This document shows, piece by piece, positions 1 to 8,220 of a stretch of 24,000 nucleotides of DNA. How positions within the stretch are numbered: position 1 is the first letter of the stretch; each line of letters begins with the position of its first letter. The translations under genes were made by a program, and so were the position numbers. This DNA is from Shewanella sp. GXUN23E. Lineage in GTDB: Bacteria; Pseudomonadota; Gammaproteobacteria; Enterobacterales; Shewanellaceae. The stretch lies in NCBI RefSeq assembly GCF_050865035.1, contig NZ_JBOZWP010000022.1, forward strand, positions 65,993 through 89,992, written 5' to 3'. The notes beneath the pieces were generated by a model. That model ran no database searches, was not told where the DNA came from, and worked only from the letters and a program-made list of their open reading frames with translations.

Positions 1-328
1 TCTTGCCGGAGTAACCGTGATGCAATTTGGAGATACCGTTGATTTTGATGAATACGATAAAGACAGCAATCATACCGAACAGCGCAGCAGCCAGGGCTGG
101 CGCCAGCCAGTCGGCACGCAGATCCAGTACACGCAGATCATAGGTGTTGATCGCCTGTCCGTGGAACTCGCTCTTGGAGGCAGTGTAGCCGACTGCACCG
201 TCTTTCAGTTGTGCCCAAATCTGCGCATCTGAAGCCTGTGCAACCGCCTGCTCGCCACCATTGGCGAAGCATACGGCACTGAACAGCAGTGCGAATGCAA
301 CACCCAAGTGTTTGAACAGTTTGTTCAT
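1..328 (-). CDS. fdhC: Formate dehydrogenase gamma (membrane cytochrome b) subunit, copy 1. Only the N-terminal 109 codons are present; the gene continues past the left edge of the window.
   Basis: Absent from the ORF track because there is no stop in the window. Manual reverse-complement translation from the ATG at 328-326 gives MNKLFKHLGVAFALLFSAVCFANGGEQAVAQASDAQIWAQLKDGAVGYTASKSEFHGQAINTYDLRVLDLRADWLAPALAAALFGMIAVFIVFIKINGISKLHHGYSGK. This has a signal peptide and is colinear with residues ~68-150 of the complete paralog at 6518-7594 (DADLWRAVRAGDSGYTA...LINGPARLTKGFSGK). A GAGGA RBS lies 6 nt upstream. Its position after fdhB matches copy 2. Confidence 0.8.
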   Translation of the reverse strand, partial: MNKLFKHLGVAFALLFSAVCFANGGEQAVAQASDAQIWAQLKDGAVGYTASKSEFHGQAINTYDLRVLDLRADWLAPALAAALFGMIAVFIVFIKINGISKLHHGYSGK

Positions 329-393
329 AATCTATCCTCATTGACTGCTCCGGCAAGCCGGAGCAGTAGATGGATTGTCCTGAAACCTAAGGA

Positions 394-963
394 TTAACCC
401 CAGGCTGCGTTCTTGGCACCACGGTAAGCCACACGCTCACGGAAGATGGCAGATACCACATCTGCATCACCGGCCAGCAGCGACTTGGTAGCACACAGTT
501 CAGCACACATTGGCAGTTTGCCTTCAGCGATACGGTTAGAACCGTACTTCTTCAGTTCAGCCTCAGAGTGGTTTTCTTCAGGGCCACCGGCACAGAAGGT
601 ACACTTGTCCATCTTGCCGCGAGCGCCAAAGGCACCGCTTTTCGGGAACTGAGGCGCGCCGAATGGACACGCGTACAGGCAGTAGCCACAACCGATACAG
701 GTATCTTTGTTGTGCAGGACCAGACCATCTTCAGTCTTGTAGAAGCAGTTAGCTGGACAAACGGCCATACAAGGCGCGTCATCACAGTGCATACAAGCCA
801 CAGAGATAGAAGCTTCGCCTTGCTTGCCATCATTGATGGTCACTACGCGGCGACGGTTGATACCCCACTCCAGAGCGGAGGCGTTTTCGTTCTTACAAGC
901 AGTGACACAGCCGTTACATTCGATGCAGCGCTTGGTGTCACACAAAAATTTCAATGTAGCCAT
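394..963 (-). CDS. fdhB: Formate dehydrogenase iron-sulfur (beta) subunit, copy 1. It has four [4Fe-4S] motifs and no C-terminal membrane anchor.
   Basis: 189-aa ORF with CIECNGCVTAC, CMHCDDAPCMAVCP, CIGCGYCLYACP and CTFC...CAELC ferredoxin motifs (FdnH/DmsB-type four-cluster protein). An AGGAGA RBS is present. It lies 28 nt downstream of fdhA. Confidence 0.92.
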   Translation of the reverse strand: MATLKFLCDTKRCIECNGCVTACKNENASALEWGINRRRVVTINDGKQGEASISVACMHCDDAPCMAVCPANCFYKTEDGLVLHNKDTCIGCGYCLYACPFGAPQFPKSGAFGARGKMDKCTFCAGGPEENHSEAELKKYGSNRIAEGKLPMCAELCATKSLLAGDADVVSAIFRERVAYRGAKNAAWG

Positions 964-991
964 ATTGGCATATCTCCTGAATTAAGCTGCA

Positions 992-3856
992 TTAGGCCTT
1001 TTCGATCTGACACAGAGAAGCCTTGGTTTCCTGCATCTGAGTCACTGGGTCATAACCATAGGTCAGCGCAGTGTTACAGGATTCGCCCAATACGTAAGGT
1101 ACGGTACCTTCCGGATAGTTAGGCTCCAGGCTTTCACCATGCATCACACCGGCAAAGTGGTATGGCATCCAGGTGATACCCTTAGGTACACGTGGGGTTA
1201 CCATTGCCATTACCTTGATGCGGCCGCCTTCAGCACCTTCCAGCCATACCATTTCGCCATCGCGCAGACCGCGATCAGCAGCATCAGCAGGGTTGATCTC
1301 AACGAACATTTCCTGCTGCAGTTCAGCCAGCCATGGGTTGGAACGTGATTCTTCACCACCACCCTCGTACTCAACCAGACGACCGGAGGTCAGTACCAGT
1401 GGGTACTTCTTGTCCAGGTTGTCGGTGATAACCTTGTCCTGAATAGACTTGTACAGGGTCGGCAGACGGTGTACCTGCATATCGGCATAGGTTGGGTACT
1501 TGGCGATCAGATCACGGCGAGAGGTATACAGTGGCTCGCGGTGTACTGGGAACTGATCTGGGAAGGTCCATACGATACAACGCGCCTTGGCGTTACCGAA
1601 TGGGATACAACCGTGCTTAACCGCAACGCGTACGATGCCGCCAGACAGGTCAGTCTTCCAGTTCTTACCTTCTGCAGACGCTTTCTCTTCTGCAGTCAGC
1701 TCGTCCCACCAGCCCAGTTGCTTGAGCATCTTGTCAGTGAATTCAGGGAAGCCGTCTTCCAGCTCACAACCCTTGGAGAAAGAACCTTCAGCCAGGATGT
1801 TGTGGCCGTTGTGCTCAACACCGTAACGGGCACGGAAGTTACCGCCGCCGTCTTTAACGTGCTTGCTTGTATCGTACAGGATCTGAGTACCTGGGTGACC
1901 CATCTCTGGAGTACCCCAACATGGCCAAGGCAGACCGTAGGTTTCACCCTTGCATGGGCCACCCTCGGCTTCCAGCGTCTTGTTGGAGAATGTGCCCCAG
2001 TTCATGGTGTGCTGCTTGATACGCTCAGGGCTCTGACCGGTGTAACCGATAGTCCACATACCGCGGTTGATTTCGCGGGAGATATCTTCAGTGACTGGCT
2101 TGCCGTCTTTGATTTCCCAACGCTTGGCCCACTGGTCGGCAATGCCTACCTTCTTGGCCAGCATGTACATGATCTCAATGTCGTTCTTGGACTCAAACAG
2201 AGGCTGAACCACCTGCTCACGCCACTGGATAGAACGGCCAGAGTTAGAGATTGCACCGGAAGCTTCAAACTGAGTACAGGCTGGCAGCAGGTATACGCCA
2301 TTCTTACGACGGTGCATTACACCCGCCATCGTTGGGAATGGGTCAACAACTACTACTGTGTCCATCTTGTCCAGTGCGTCACGCACTTCAGACTGACGGG
2401 TTTCAGTGTTAACAGACTGACCCCAGAAGAATGCCATACGGATGTTATCTTTCTGAGCCAGCTTGTCTTTTTCCAGCAGCACGCCGTCGTGCCAGCGGGA
2501 GCAAGGAATACCAGGAGTGGTCATTGGCTCACGACCCAGGTAAGTACCCTGGTCGAAACGGCCCTTCACCCATTCCATGTCCAGTTCCCAAACATTGGTC
2601 CAGTGCTGCCATGCAGCAGTGGTCAGACCGTAGTAACCTGGCAGGTTGTCGAACAGCAGACCCAGGTCGGTTGCGCCCTGTACGTTGTCGTGACCACGGA
2701 AAATGTTGGTACCACCACCGGAAACACCCATGTTACCCAGCGCCAGCTGCAGCAAGCAGTATGCGCGGGTGTTGGCGTTACCAACGTGGTGCTGGGTACC
2801 ACCCATACACCAAACTACGGTGCCGGGACGGTTTTCAGCCATCAGCTTGGCAGCCTGATAGATCACCTCTTCAGACACACCACAGACATCAGCCACTTCT
2901 TTTGGTGGGAACTTCTTGGCTTCAGCGCGGATTTCATCCATCGCGTAGGTACGCTGCTCGATGAACGTCTTGTCTTCCCAGCCGTTTTCGAAGATGTGCC
3001 ACAGCATGCCGTAGATAAACGGAATGTCGGTACCTGGACGGATTGGGCAGTGCAGATCAGAGTGAGCCGCGGTACGGGTGTAACGTGGGTCAACGACGAT
3101 GATCTTGGCGTTGTTCTTCTCTTTGGCGATCAGAATGTGCTGCATGGAAACCGGGTGGGCTTCAGCAGGGTTGGCACCAATGAAGAAAATCGCATTGGCG
3201 TTCTGAATGTCGTTGAAAGAGTTGGTTTGCGCACCGTAACCCCAGGTGTTTGCTACACCGGCTACAGTGGTAGAGTGACAAATACGGGCAGAGTGGTCGA
3301 CGTTGTTGGTACCCCACATAGCCGCCAGTTTGCGGTATGAGTAACAACCTTCGTTGGAGAACTTGGCAGAGCCCATGAAGTATACAGAGTCAGGACCGGA
3401 TTCCTTGCGGATTTCCAGCATCTTGTCGCCCACTTCGTTGATCGCCTGATCCCAGGAGATTTTCTTCCACTTGCCATCAACAAGCTTCATTGGGTACTTC
3501 AGACGCTTCTCACCGTGACCGTGTTCACGCAGTGCAGCACCTTTGGCACAGTGACCACCGGCGTTGAATGGGTGATCGAAGGCTGGCTCCTGACCGGTCC
3601 ACACACCGTTCTGTACTTCAGCGTACAGACCACAACCTACCGCACAGGCAGAACAGATGGTGCGCTTGATTTCGATTGGTGCATCGTAAGGTACGTCAGC
3701 CGCTTCGGCGCGACGCATCATGCCGGTGCCCATCAGAGAAGCAGCAGCAATACCACCGGTAGCGATACCAGCGTGCTTCATAAACTGACGACGGCTGATG
3801 CCCAGTGTTGGTTTGTCAGCCGCAGGGGCGACATTGGACTTGCGAGTTAATTTCAT
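992..3856 (-). CDS. fdhA: Formate dehydrogenase catalytic (alpha) subunit, copy 1. Mo/W-bis-PGD enzyme, Tat-exported, cysteine-type.
   Basis: 954-aa uninterrupted ORF. Twin-arginine signal (GISRRQFMKHAG...RRAEA). N-terminal [4Fe-4S] motif CSACAVGCG...GGHCAKG. Active-site segment HSARICHSTTVAG, where E. coli FdnG has selenocysteine; the codon at 3278-3280 is TGT. AGGAGA RBS. Confidence 0.95.
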   Translation of the reverse strand: MKLTRKSNVAPAADKPTLGISRRQFMKHAGIATGGIAAASLMGTGMMRRAEAADVPYDAPIEIKRTICSACAVGCGLYAEVQNGVWTGQEPAFDHPFNAGGHCAKGAALREHGHGEKRLKYPMKLVDGKWKKISWDQAINEVGDKMLEIRKESGPDSVYFMGSAKFSNEGCYSYRKLAAMWGTNNVDHSARICHSTTVAGVANTWGYGAQTNSFNDIQNANAIFFIGANPAEAHPVSMQHILIAKEKNNAKIIVVDPRYTRTAAHSDLHCPIRPGTDIPFIYGMLWHIFENGWEDKTFIEQRTYAMDEIRAEAKKFPPKEVADVCGVSEEVIYQAAKLMAENRPGTVVWCMGGTQHHVGNANTRAYCLLQLALGNMGVSGGGTNIFRGHDNVQGATDLGLLFDNLPGYYGLTTAAWQHWTNVWELDMEWVKGRFDQGTYLGREPMTTPGIPCSRWHDGVLLEKDKLAQKDNIRMAFFWGQSVNTETRQSEVRDALDKMDTVVVVDPFPTMAGVMHRRKNGVYLLPACTQFEASGAISNSGRSIQWREQVVQPLFESKNDIEIMYMLAKKVGIADQWAKRWEIKDGKPVTEDISREINRGMWTIGYTGQSPERIKQHTMNWGTFSNKTLEAEGGPCKGETYGLPWPCWGTPEMGHPGTQILYDTSKHVKDGGGNFRARYGVEHNGHNILAEGSFSKGCELEDGFPEFTDKMLKQLGWWDELTAEEKASAEGKNWKTDLSGGIVRVAVKHGCIPFGNAKARCIVWTFPDQFPVHREPLYTSRRDLIAKYPTYADMQVHRLPTLYKSIQDKVITDNLDKKYPLVLTSGRLVEYEGGGEESRSNPWLAELQQEMFVEINPADAADRGLRDGEMVWLEGAEGGRIKVMAMVTPRVPKGITWMPYHFAGVMHGESLEPNYPEGTVPYVLGESCNTALTYGYDPVTQMQETKASLCQIEKA

Positions 3857-3873
3857 CGCTGATTATCTCCTGA

Positions 3874-4074
3874 TTAGCTGCGCAGGCTGTTGTAGTAAGC
3901 ACGGATGTGCGCAGTTTCGTGGTAACCATCTTTGTTTTGCTTGGATACCGCGTTGCCTTCTTTTGCGTGAGCGACACTGATCCCGGAAGCAGCTACCACG
4001 GCGGTGGCCGCGCTGCCTACTGTCAGCGTCTTCAGCAAAGATCTGCGGCTCAGATCTGGCTGTTGCTTTTTCAT
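3874..4074 (-). CDS. fdhX: Small Tat-signal protein of the 'formate dehydrogenase region TAT target' type, copy 1 (66 aa).
   Basis: The start was moved from the track start (4131) to the ATG at 4074. That ATG is preceded by AGGAG (tctatcAGGAGcaaaaATG) and matches the paralog. MKKQQPDLSRRSLLKTL carries the twin-arginine motif. The C-terminal GYHETAHIRAYYNSL fits the family motif Y-[HRK]-x-[TS]-x-H-[IV]-x-x-[YF]-Y as I recall it. It sits 17 nt upstream of fdhA. Confidence 0.75.
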   Translation of the reverse strand: MKKQQPDLSRRSLLKTLTVGSAATAVVAASGISVAHAKEGNAVSKQNKDGYHETAHIRAYYNSLRS

Positions 4075-4282
4075 TTTTGCTCCTGATAGATATGGCTCAG
4101 TCATTCCCCTGAGCCCGGGTTTGTTCACCAATCCGCCGCATCCCGGATGTTACAAATTGGTAAAAACTCTAAATGGAAGAAGGACTTCCAGATATTGCGC
4201 GGCAACTATATAAGAAACCGCCTCAGGAATATTGATCCCCATGCTCAAGATATGGCTAAAACAAGGTTAAAAATCGGCGGTT

Positions 4283-4298
4283 TGCCACCCAGATCACA
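4283..4298. promoter_or_regulatory. Candidate CRP-type site (TGCCA-N6-TCACA) upstream of fdh operon 1.
   Basis: gtTTGCCAcccagaTCACActtt compared with the TGTGA-N6-TCACA consensus. The right half is perfect and the left half matches 3/5. It lies ~215 nt upstream of the fdhX1 ATG, between the pirin terminator and fdhX1. Matched by eye only. Confidence 0.2.
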
Positions 4299-4381
4299 CT
4301 TTCAAATATGCCGGTGGTGATACGCGCGCACACGCGCAAACTCCATTCAAAACAAACCATTAACAATTTGATTTTGGGGCA

Positions 4382-4417
4382 AATGCAAAAGCCCCTGACC
4401 ACAGGGGAGCAGGGGCT
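4382..4417 (-). terminator. Rho-independent terminator downstream of the pirin gene.
   Basis: The minus strand reads AGCCCCTG-ctcccctgtggt-CAGGGGCT followed by TTTGCATTTG. This is an 8-bp GC-rich stem (4390-4397 / 4410-4417) with a T-rich tail, ~85 nt after the pirin stop. Confidence 0.55.
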
Positions 4418-4500
4418 GACACGCGGGGGTAAACAGAGAAAACGACAGAGGATGATTGGGCGGATAAAACGCCACGGATAACGATGCCGGTCTACGGTAT

Positions 4501-5214
4501 TCAGGGCCGCGCAGGCAACTCAAACCACAACGCCTCCAGCGGGCGGGATGCGCTCACCGGCAATTGACTGTCCGGCGCAATCGCCAGCGCATCACCATCG
4601 GTAAACCGCCCTCCATCCACCAGCAGTTCACCACTTATCAAATGCAGATAACCCGGTCCATCGGCACTGGTGAGCACCATAGATTCCCCGGCAGCCAGCA
4701 CCAGCCGATACAGGCTGGCATCCTGCTGCATGACCAGACTGCCGTCACGACCATCGGCGGTCACGAGAGGCGTCAGCGCGCCATGTTGCGGGATACAGGC
4801 CTGCTCATAGCCAGGCTCGATACCCTGCGCTCGGGGCTGAATCCAGATCTGCAGAAAACGCACAGGCTCAGTGCCGGAAGCATTGTATTCGGAATGAGTA
4901 ATACCGCGGCCGGCGCTCATATGCTGCACCTCTCCGGCCGACAGGATTTGTTCATGGCCCATGCTGTCCTGATGTTTCAGCGCACCATCAAGCACATAAG
5001 AAATGATTTCCATATCACTGTGCCCATGGGTGCCAAAACCCGCACCGGCAACCACTGTATCGTCATTGATCACCCGCAGGGCTGAAATGCCCATATGCCC
5101 GGGATCATAGTAATGGCCAAAGGAAAAGCTGTGGTGGCTGCTCAGCCAGCCCAGATTGACATGACCGCGCTCTCCGGCGCGGCGAACATAGGTAATATTG
5201 GAACTCTGACTCAT
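4501..5214 (-). CDS. Pirin family protein (YhhW-like bicupin, putative quercetinase-type dioxygenase).
   Basis: 237-aa ORF. Cupin metal-ligand pattern GTHGHSDMEIISYV ... HMSAGRGITHSEYN, and the N-terminal RGHVNLGWLSSHHSFSFG that is typical of pirins. AGGAG RBS. Confidence 0.88.
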   Translation of the reverse strand: MSQSSNITYVRRAGERGHVNLGWLSSHHSFSFGHYYDPGHMGISALRVINDDTVVAGAGFGTHGHSDMEIISYVLDGALKHQDSMGHEQILSAGEVQHMSAGRGITHSEYNASGTEPVRFLQIWIQPRAQGIEPGYEQACIPQHGALTPLVTADGRDGSLVMQQDASLYRLVLAAGESMVLTSADGPGYLHLISGELLVDGGRFTDGDALAIAPDSQLPVSASRPLEALWFELPARP

Positions 5215-5387
5215 GACAACACTCCTGCCTGAAACCTGTTGTTGCCAGTCTAATTCAGGATAGAGTGAACAAAAATGCGCAAATTACGCTCAAAGCGTTC
5301 GATAAATACGAACCGGAGCAGGTTTTAAGTCCAGCCACCGGGCACAAACTATGACCAAGATCACGCAGAGCATTATTCTGCCGAAAC

Positions 5388-6308
5388 TCAGTTCTCACCG
5401 GCTTCACCCGGCATCCTGACATCGGCAATCAACTCACTCTGAATTCTGATTTCGGCCATCAGGGTGCGGGCTGCAGGCCCCAACATGTCGGCATCATTAA
5501 ACATCAGAAATAACTGCGCATGCCGACGACCGGCCGCCCCCAGTGGTAAAGGCTTGAGCAGCCCGGCAGCGATTGCCGGCATCATGGCAGTAACCGGCAG
5601 GTAGGCATACCCCAGTCCACGACTGATCATCTCCACCGACGTGCGGATATGGGATACCGTCCAGCGGGAATTGGCCCCCAGCCAGCCGGAGTCCTGACTC
5701 TGACCCACCGCCGAATCCCGCACCACGATTTGCCGGAAACTGCGCAAATCTTCGAAGGTCAGCGGCCGCTCAAAATGGTGCAGCGGGTGATCGGGGTGCG
5801 CCACCGCGACAAACTCCACCTGACACAACTCTTCACTGAAGCCTTTATGGCCATTGAGCGGTGAAATCGCCAGATCTACCTTTTCCAGTGCCAACAGCTC
5901 GGTTGCGCCGGTGAGAATAGACTCCCGCAGTTCGATATTGAGCATGGGATATTCCAGCGACACCTTATCCAGCACCCGATACAGAAAATCCTGGGGGAAA
6001 ATCTCATCCACGGCAATCCGCAAGCGGGTTTCGCAGCCACGGCCTACCTCCTGCGCTACCGCCTCAAGTTTGGCTGCTTCATCCAGCAGGTAATTGGCCC
6101 GGCGCAACATCAGCTGACCAGCCTCGGTCAGATGAGTACGGCGGCCTTTGACCTCCAGCAACTTAACCCCAAGGGAATGCTCCAGTTTCTGCACCGCGTT
6201 ATAGATACTGGACTGACTCTTGTGTACCTCGGCGCCCGCCTGGTTGAAGCCGCCATACTCAGCCACAGAGCGGAACATACGCCATTGCTCAAGGGTAGTT
6301 TTCAGCAT
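5388..6308 (-). CDS. LysR-family transcriptional regulator.
   Basis: 306-aa ORF. N-terminal wHTH (LEQWRMFRSVAEYGGFNQAGAEVHKSQSSIYNAVQKLEHSLGVKLLEVKGRRTHLTEAG) followed by a LysR substrate-binding-type C-terminal region. AAGGA RBS. Confidence 0.9.
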   Translation of the reverse strand: MLKTTLEQWRMFRSVAEYGGFNQAGAEVHKSQSSIYNAVQKLEHSLGVKLLEVKGRRTHLTEAGQLMLRRANYLLDEAAKLEAVAQEVGRGCETRLRIAVDEIFPQDFLYRVLDKVSLEYPMLNIELRESILTGATELLALEKVDLAISPLNGHKGFSEELCQVEFVAVAHPDHPLHHFERPLTFEDLRSFRQIVVRDSAVGQSQDSGWLGANSRWTVSHIRTSVEMISRGLGYAYLPVTAMMPAIAAGLLKPLPLGAAGRRHAQLFLMFNDADMLGPAARTLMAEIRIQSELIADVRMPGEAGEN

Positions 6309-6443
6309 GTTCTTGTCCTTAATCGATTATTCCGCCGGCAATAACCAGCTTATTATTCGCTCAATCAGAACAGATTCCCCTAATACAGGCAAGCCAATGA
6401 ACTGGACAAGGATGTCTGCAGATAAGGATGGAGTGACTGGCAT

Positions 6444-6468
6444 GAAAAAGCCCACCTGATGGTGGGCT
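6444..6468 (-). terminator. Rho-independent terminator ending fdh operon 2.
   Basis: The minus strand reads AGCCCACC-atca-GGTGGGCT followed by TTTTT (stem 6449-6456 / 6461-6468). It lies 50 nt downstream of the fdhC2 stop. Confidence 0.65.
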
Positions 6469-6517
6469 TTGTTATGACCGTTCATTATTAAGAACGTGCA
6501 TCAGTTATCACTGCGCG

Positions 6518-7594
6518 TCAGGACTTGTACTCCAGAGTGCCATCAGCCTTGATTTCGTCATACCAGATATTGTGATGCTGGATCGCCCAGTTCTCATCAC
6601 AATAGCCGGATACCATGGACTCCATCCCGCCTTCACTGAGCGCGGTCGCCATCCAGATATGGACTATGGTAAAGCCAATCAGAATGGCGGCACTGAAGCC
6701 ATGGACGATCAAGGCAACAAAGGAGTTCTCGCGGGTGATGACCAGCTCCGGCAGCACCAACATGACTCCGGTGACCGCGATGAACAGACCGAACACCGCC
6801 AGCGTCCAGAACCACATCTTCTCGCCGGCGTTGGCAAAGCCGCTGTCCGGGTGTTTACCTTTGAACGGCCCAAAGTGCACATAGCCTCCTGCAGTCATAA
6901 ACCACTTGAGGTCATAGCCCTTGAACATCTGCAGTGGCATCCACTTCAGAATGCACAGCGCCCAGGCGACAATGAACACAGGACCAGTCCAGTCGTGCAG
7001 GGTTTTACTGCCGTAGATAAGACCCGCCCAGAGATCCGCCGAAACCCAGCCCTCAAGTACGTGACGTCCCCAGGCGATCACCAGACCAGTCAACATCAGC
7101 AGCAAACAACTGATCGCCATCAGCCAGTGCAACAGCATATCGGCACTGCTCCAACGACGTACCATTTTGCCGGAGAATCCCTTGGTTAGCCGGGCCGGGC
7201 CGTTGATCAGGTAGAACAGCAGAAACAGCGCAAATACGCCAACCAGTGCTGCGCCCAAAATGGGGATCACATACTGATCGCGAATAAGCCTGCCCTCCTG
7301 ACCAACTGCATTGATCAAGCGTCCCGCTTCCGGTGACCTTGCCGCCGTATAGCCGGAATCACCGGCACGCACGGCCCGCCAGAGATCGGCATCCGTGGTC
7401 TGCGGGTGTCCCTGCAACTGGCCCAGTTGCTGCTGCTCACCGGCCAGCACTTGTTGTTGCTGAGCCATCAAGGCCGCTTCCTGCTTTGCCTGATCGGTTT
7501 GATCCGACGCAGACACCTGAGTGACCATCAGCAAAGCCAGTGCTATCGGCAGCAAACAGGGCAGCAACAGACGATGCAAGCATTGTCCAATCAT
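6518..7594 (-). CDS. fdhC: Formate dehydrogenase gamma (membrane cytochrome b) subunit, copy 2.
   Basis: 358-aa ORF. It has a signal peptide, a periplasmic N-terminal region, then several hydrophobic helices carrying conserved His (LLHWLM, TLHDW, IVHGF, IVHIW). GGAGGG RBS. It lies 15 nt after fdhB2. Confidence 0.9.
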   Translation of the reverse strand: MIGQCLHRLLLPCLLPIALALLMVTQVSASDQTDQAKQEAALMAQQQQVLAGEQQQLGQLQGHPQTTDADLWRAVRAGDSGYTAARSPEAGRLINAVGQEGRLIRDQYVIPILGAALVGVFALFLLFYLINGPARLTKGFSGKMVRRWSSADMLLHWLMAISCLLLMLTGLVIAWGRHVLEGWVSADLWAGLIYGSKTLHDWTGPVFIVAWALCILKWMPLQMFKGYDLKWFMTAGGYVHFGPFKGKHPDSGFANAGEKMWFWTLAVFGLFIAVTGVMLVLPELVITRENSFVALIVHGFSAAILIGFTIVHIWMATALSEGGMESMVSGYCDENWAIQHHNIWYDEIKADGTLEYKS

Positions 7595-7609
7595 GTTTTT
7601 GCCCTCCGA

Positions 7610-8200
7610 TCAGTTACCGGTTTCCGGAATGTATCCCCAGATAGTGTCCGGATTACTGCGGGCAGCAACCCGGGCACGATAAATACTGGAGATCACTTCA
7701 GCATCCCCGGCCAGCAGCGCCTTGGTGGAACACATCTCAGCGCACAGGGGGAGTTTGCCCTCTGCAATCCGGTTGGCTCCATACAGGCGTTGCTCCTCCT
7801 GCGAGAAGTTTGGCACGGGACCACCAGCGCAATAGGTACACTTATCCATCTTGCCACGGGCACCGAAGCTGGTTTTCTTGGGAAATTGTGGTGCACCAAA
7901 AGGACAGGCATAGAAGCAATAACCACAGCCGATGCAGGTCTCTTTGTTGTGCAGCACAATGCCGTCATCCGTGGTGTAGAAGCAGTTGGCAGGACACACC
8001 GCCTTACAGGGGGCATCACTGCAATGCATACAGGCCACGGAAATAGAGGCTTCTCCCGGCTCACCGTCATGCAGGGTCACGACCCGGCGACGGAAAGTAC
8101 CGTAAGTCAGCGCTTCCGAGTTGGAGTTGGAACAGGCAGTGACACAGCCGTTACACTCGATGCAGCGCTTGGTGTCACATAAAAATTTCATGACTGCCAT
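7610..8200 (-). CDS. fdhB: Formate dehydrogenase iron-sulfur (beta) subunit, copy 2.
   Basis: The track ORF starts at 8242 and would overlap the fdhA2 stop. I place the start at the ATG at 8200 (MAVMKFLCDTKRC), which aligns with the copy-1 start (MATLKFLCDTKRC) and has a GAGGA RBS 7 nt upstream. Four Fe-S motifs as in copy 1. Confidence 0.9.
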   Translation of the reverse strand: MAVMKFLCDTKRCIECNGCVTACSNSNSEALTYGTFRRRVVTLHDGEPGEASISVACMHCSDAPCKAVCPANCFYTTDDGIVLHNKETCIGCGYCFYACPFGAPQFPKKTSFGARGKMDKCTYCAGGPVPNFSQEEQRLYGANRIAEGKLPLCAEMCSTKALLAGDAEVISSIYRARVAARSNPDTIWGYIPETGN

Positions 8201-8220
8201 AAAGTTATCCTCATCAAGTG

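Noticed and set aside
1469-3340. Long plus-strand ORFs antisense to the FDH and accessory genes. These are 1469-3340 (623 aa), 8218-9831 (537 aa), 568-1122, 7406-8182, 9907-10602, 12362-13081 and 13148-13828.
   Set aside because: They lie entirely inside minus-strand genes with strong, recognisable protein families. Their translations are low-complexity (rich in V/T/G/L/R/H) with no motifs and no RBS. These are classic shadow ORFs caused by codon bias on the opposite strand.
4075-4131. N-terminal extensions given by the ORF track. These are FdhX1 from 4131, FdhB2 from 8242, UbiC from 18641, DUF3305 from TTG 15017 and FdhD from TTG 15304.
   Set aside because: Internal ATGs with good RBSs align with the paralog or family N-termini. 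The extensions overlap upstream genes or lack an RBS.
4233-4250. An FNR-like pair of half sites, TTGAT...TCAA (minus strand: TTGAG-catgggg-ATCAA), upstream of fdh operon 1.
   Set aside because: The half sites are good but the spacing is N7 rather than the N4 required for FNR/CRP-family dimers. It is probably coincidental.
4075-4381. A Moco (molybdenum cofactor) riboswitch in the leaders of the fdh operons or of the accessory module (also 11355-11476 and 15012-15315).
   Set aside because: I could not find the conserved core I remember for the motif (a CCUCCGAG-like segment with a matching 3' pairing partner) on the relevant strand. The nearest match (ccctccgat at ~7596) is simply the complement of the fdhC2 RBS. 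A covariance-model scan (Rfam MOCO_RNA_motif) would be decisive.
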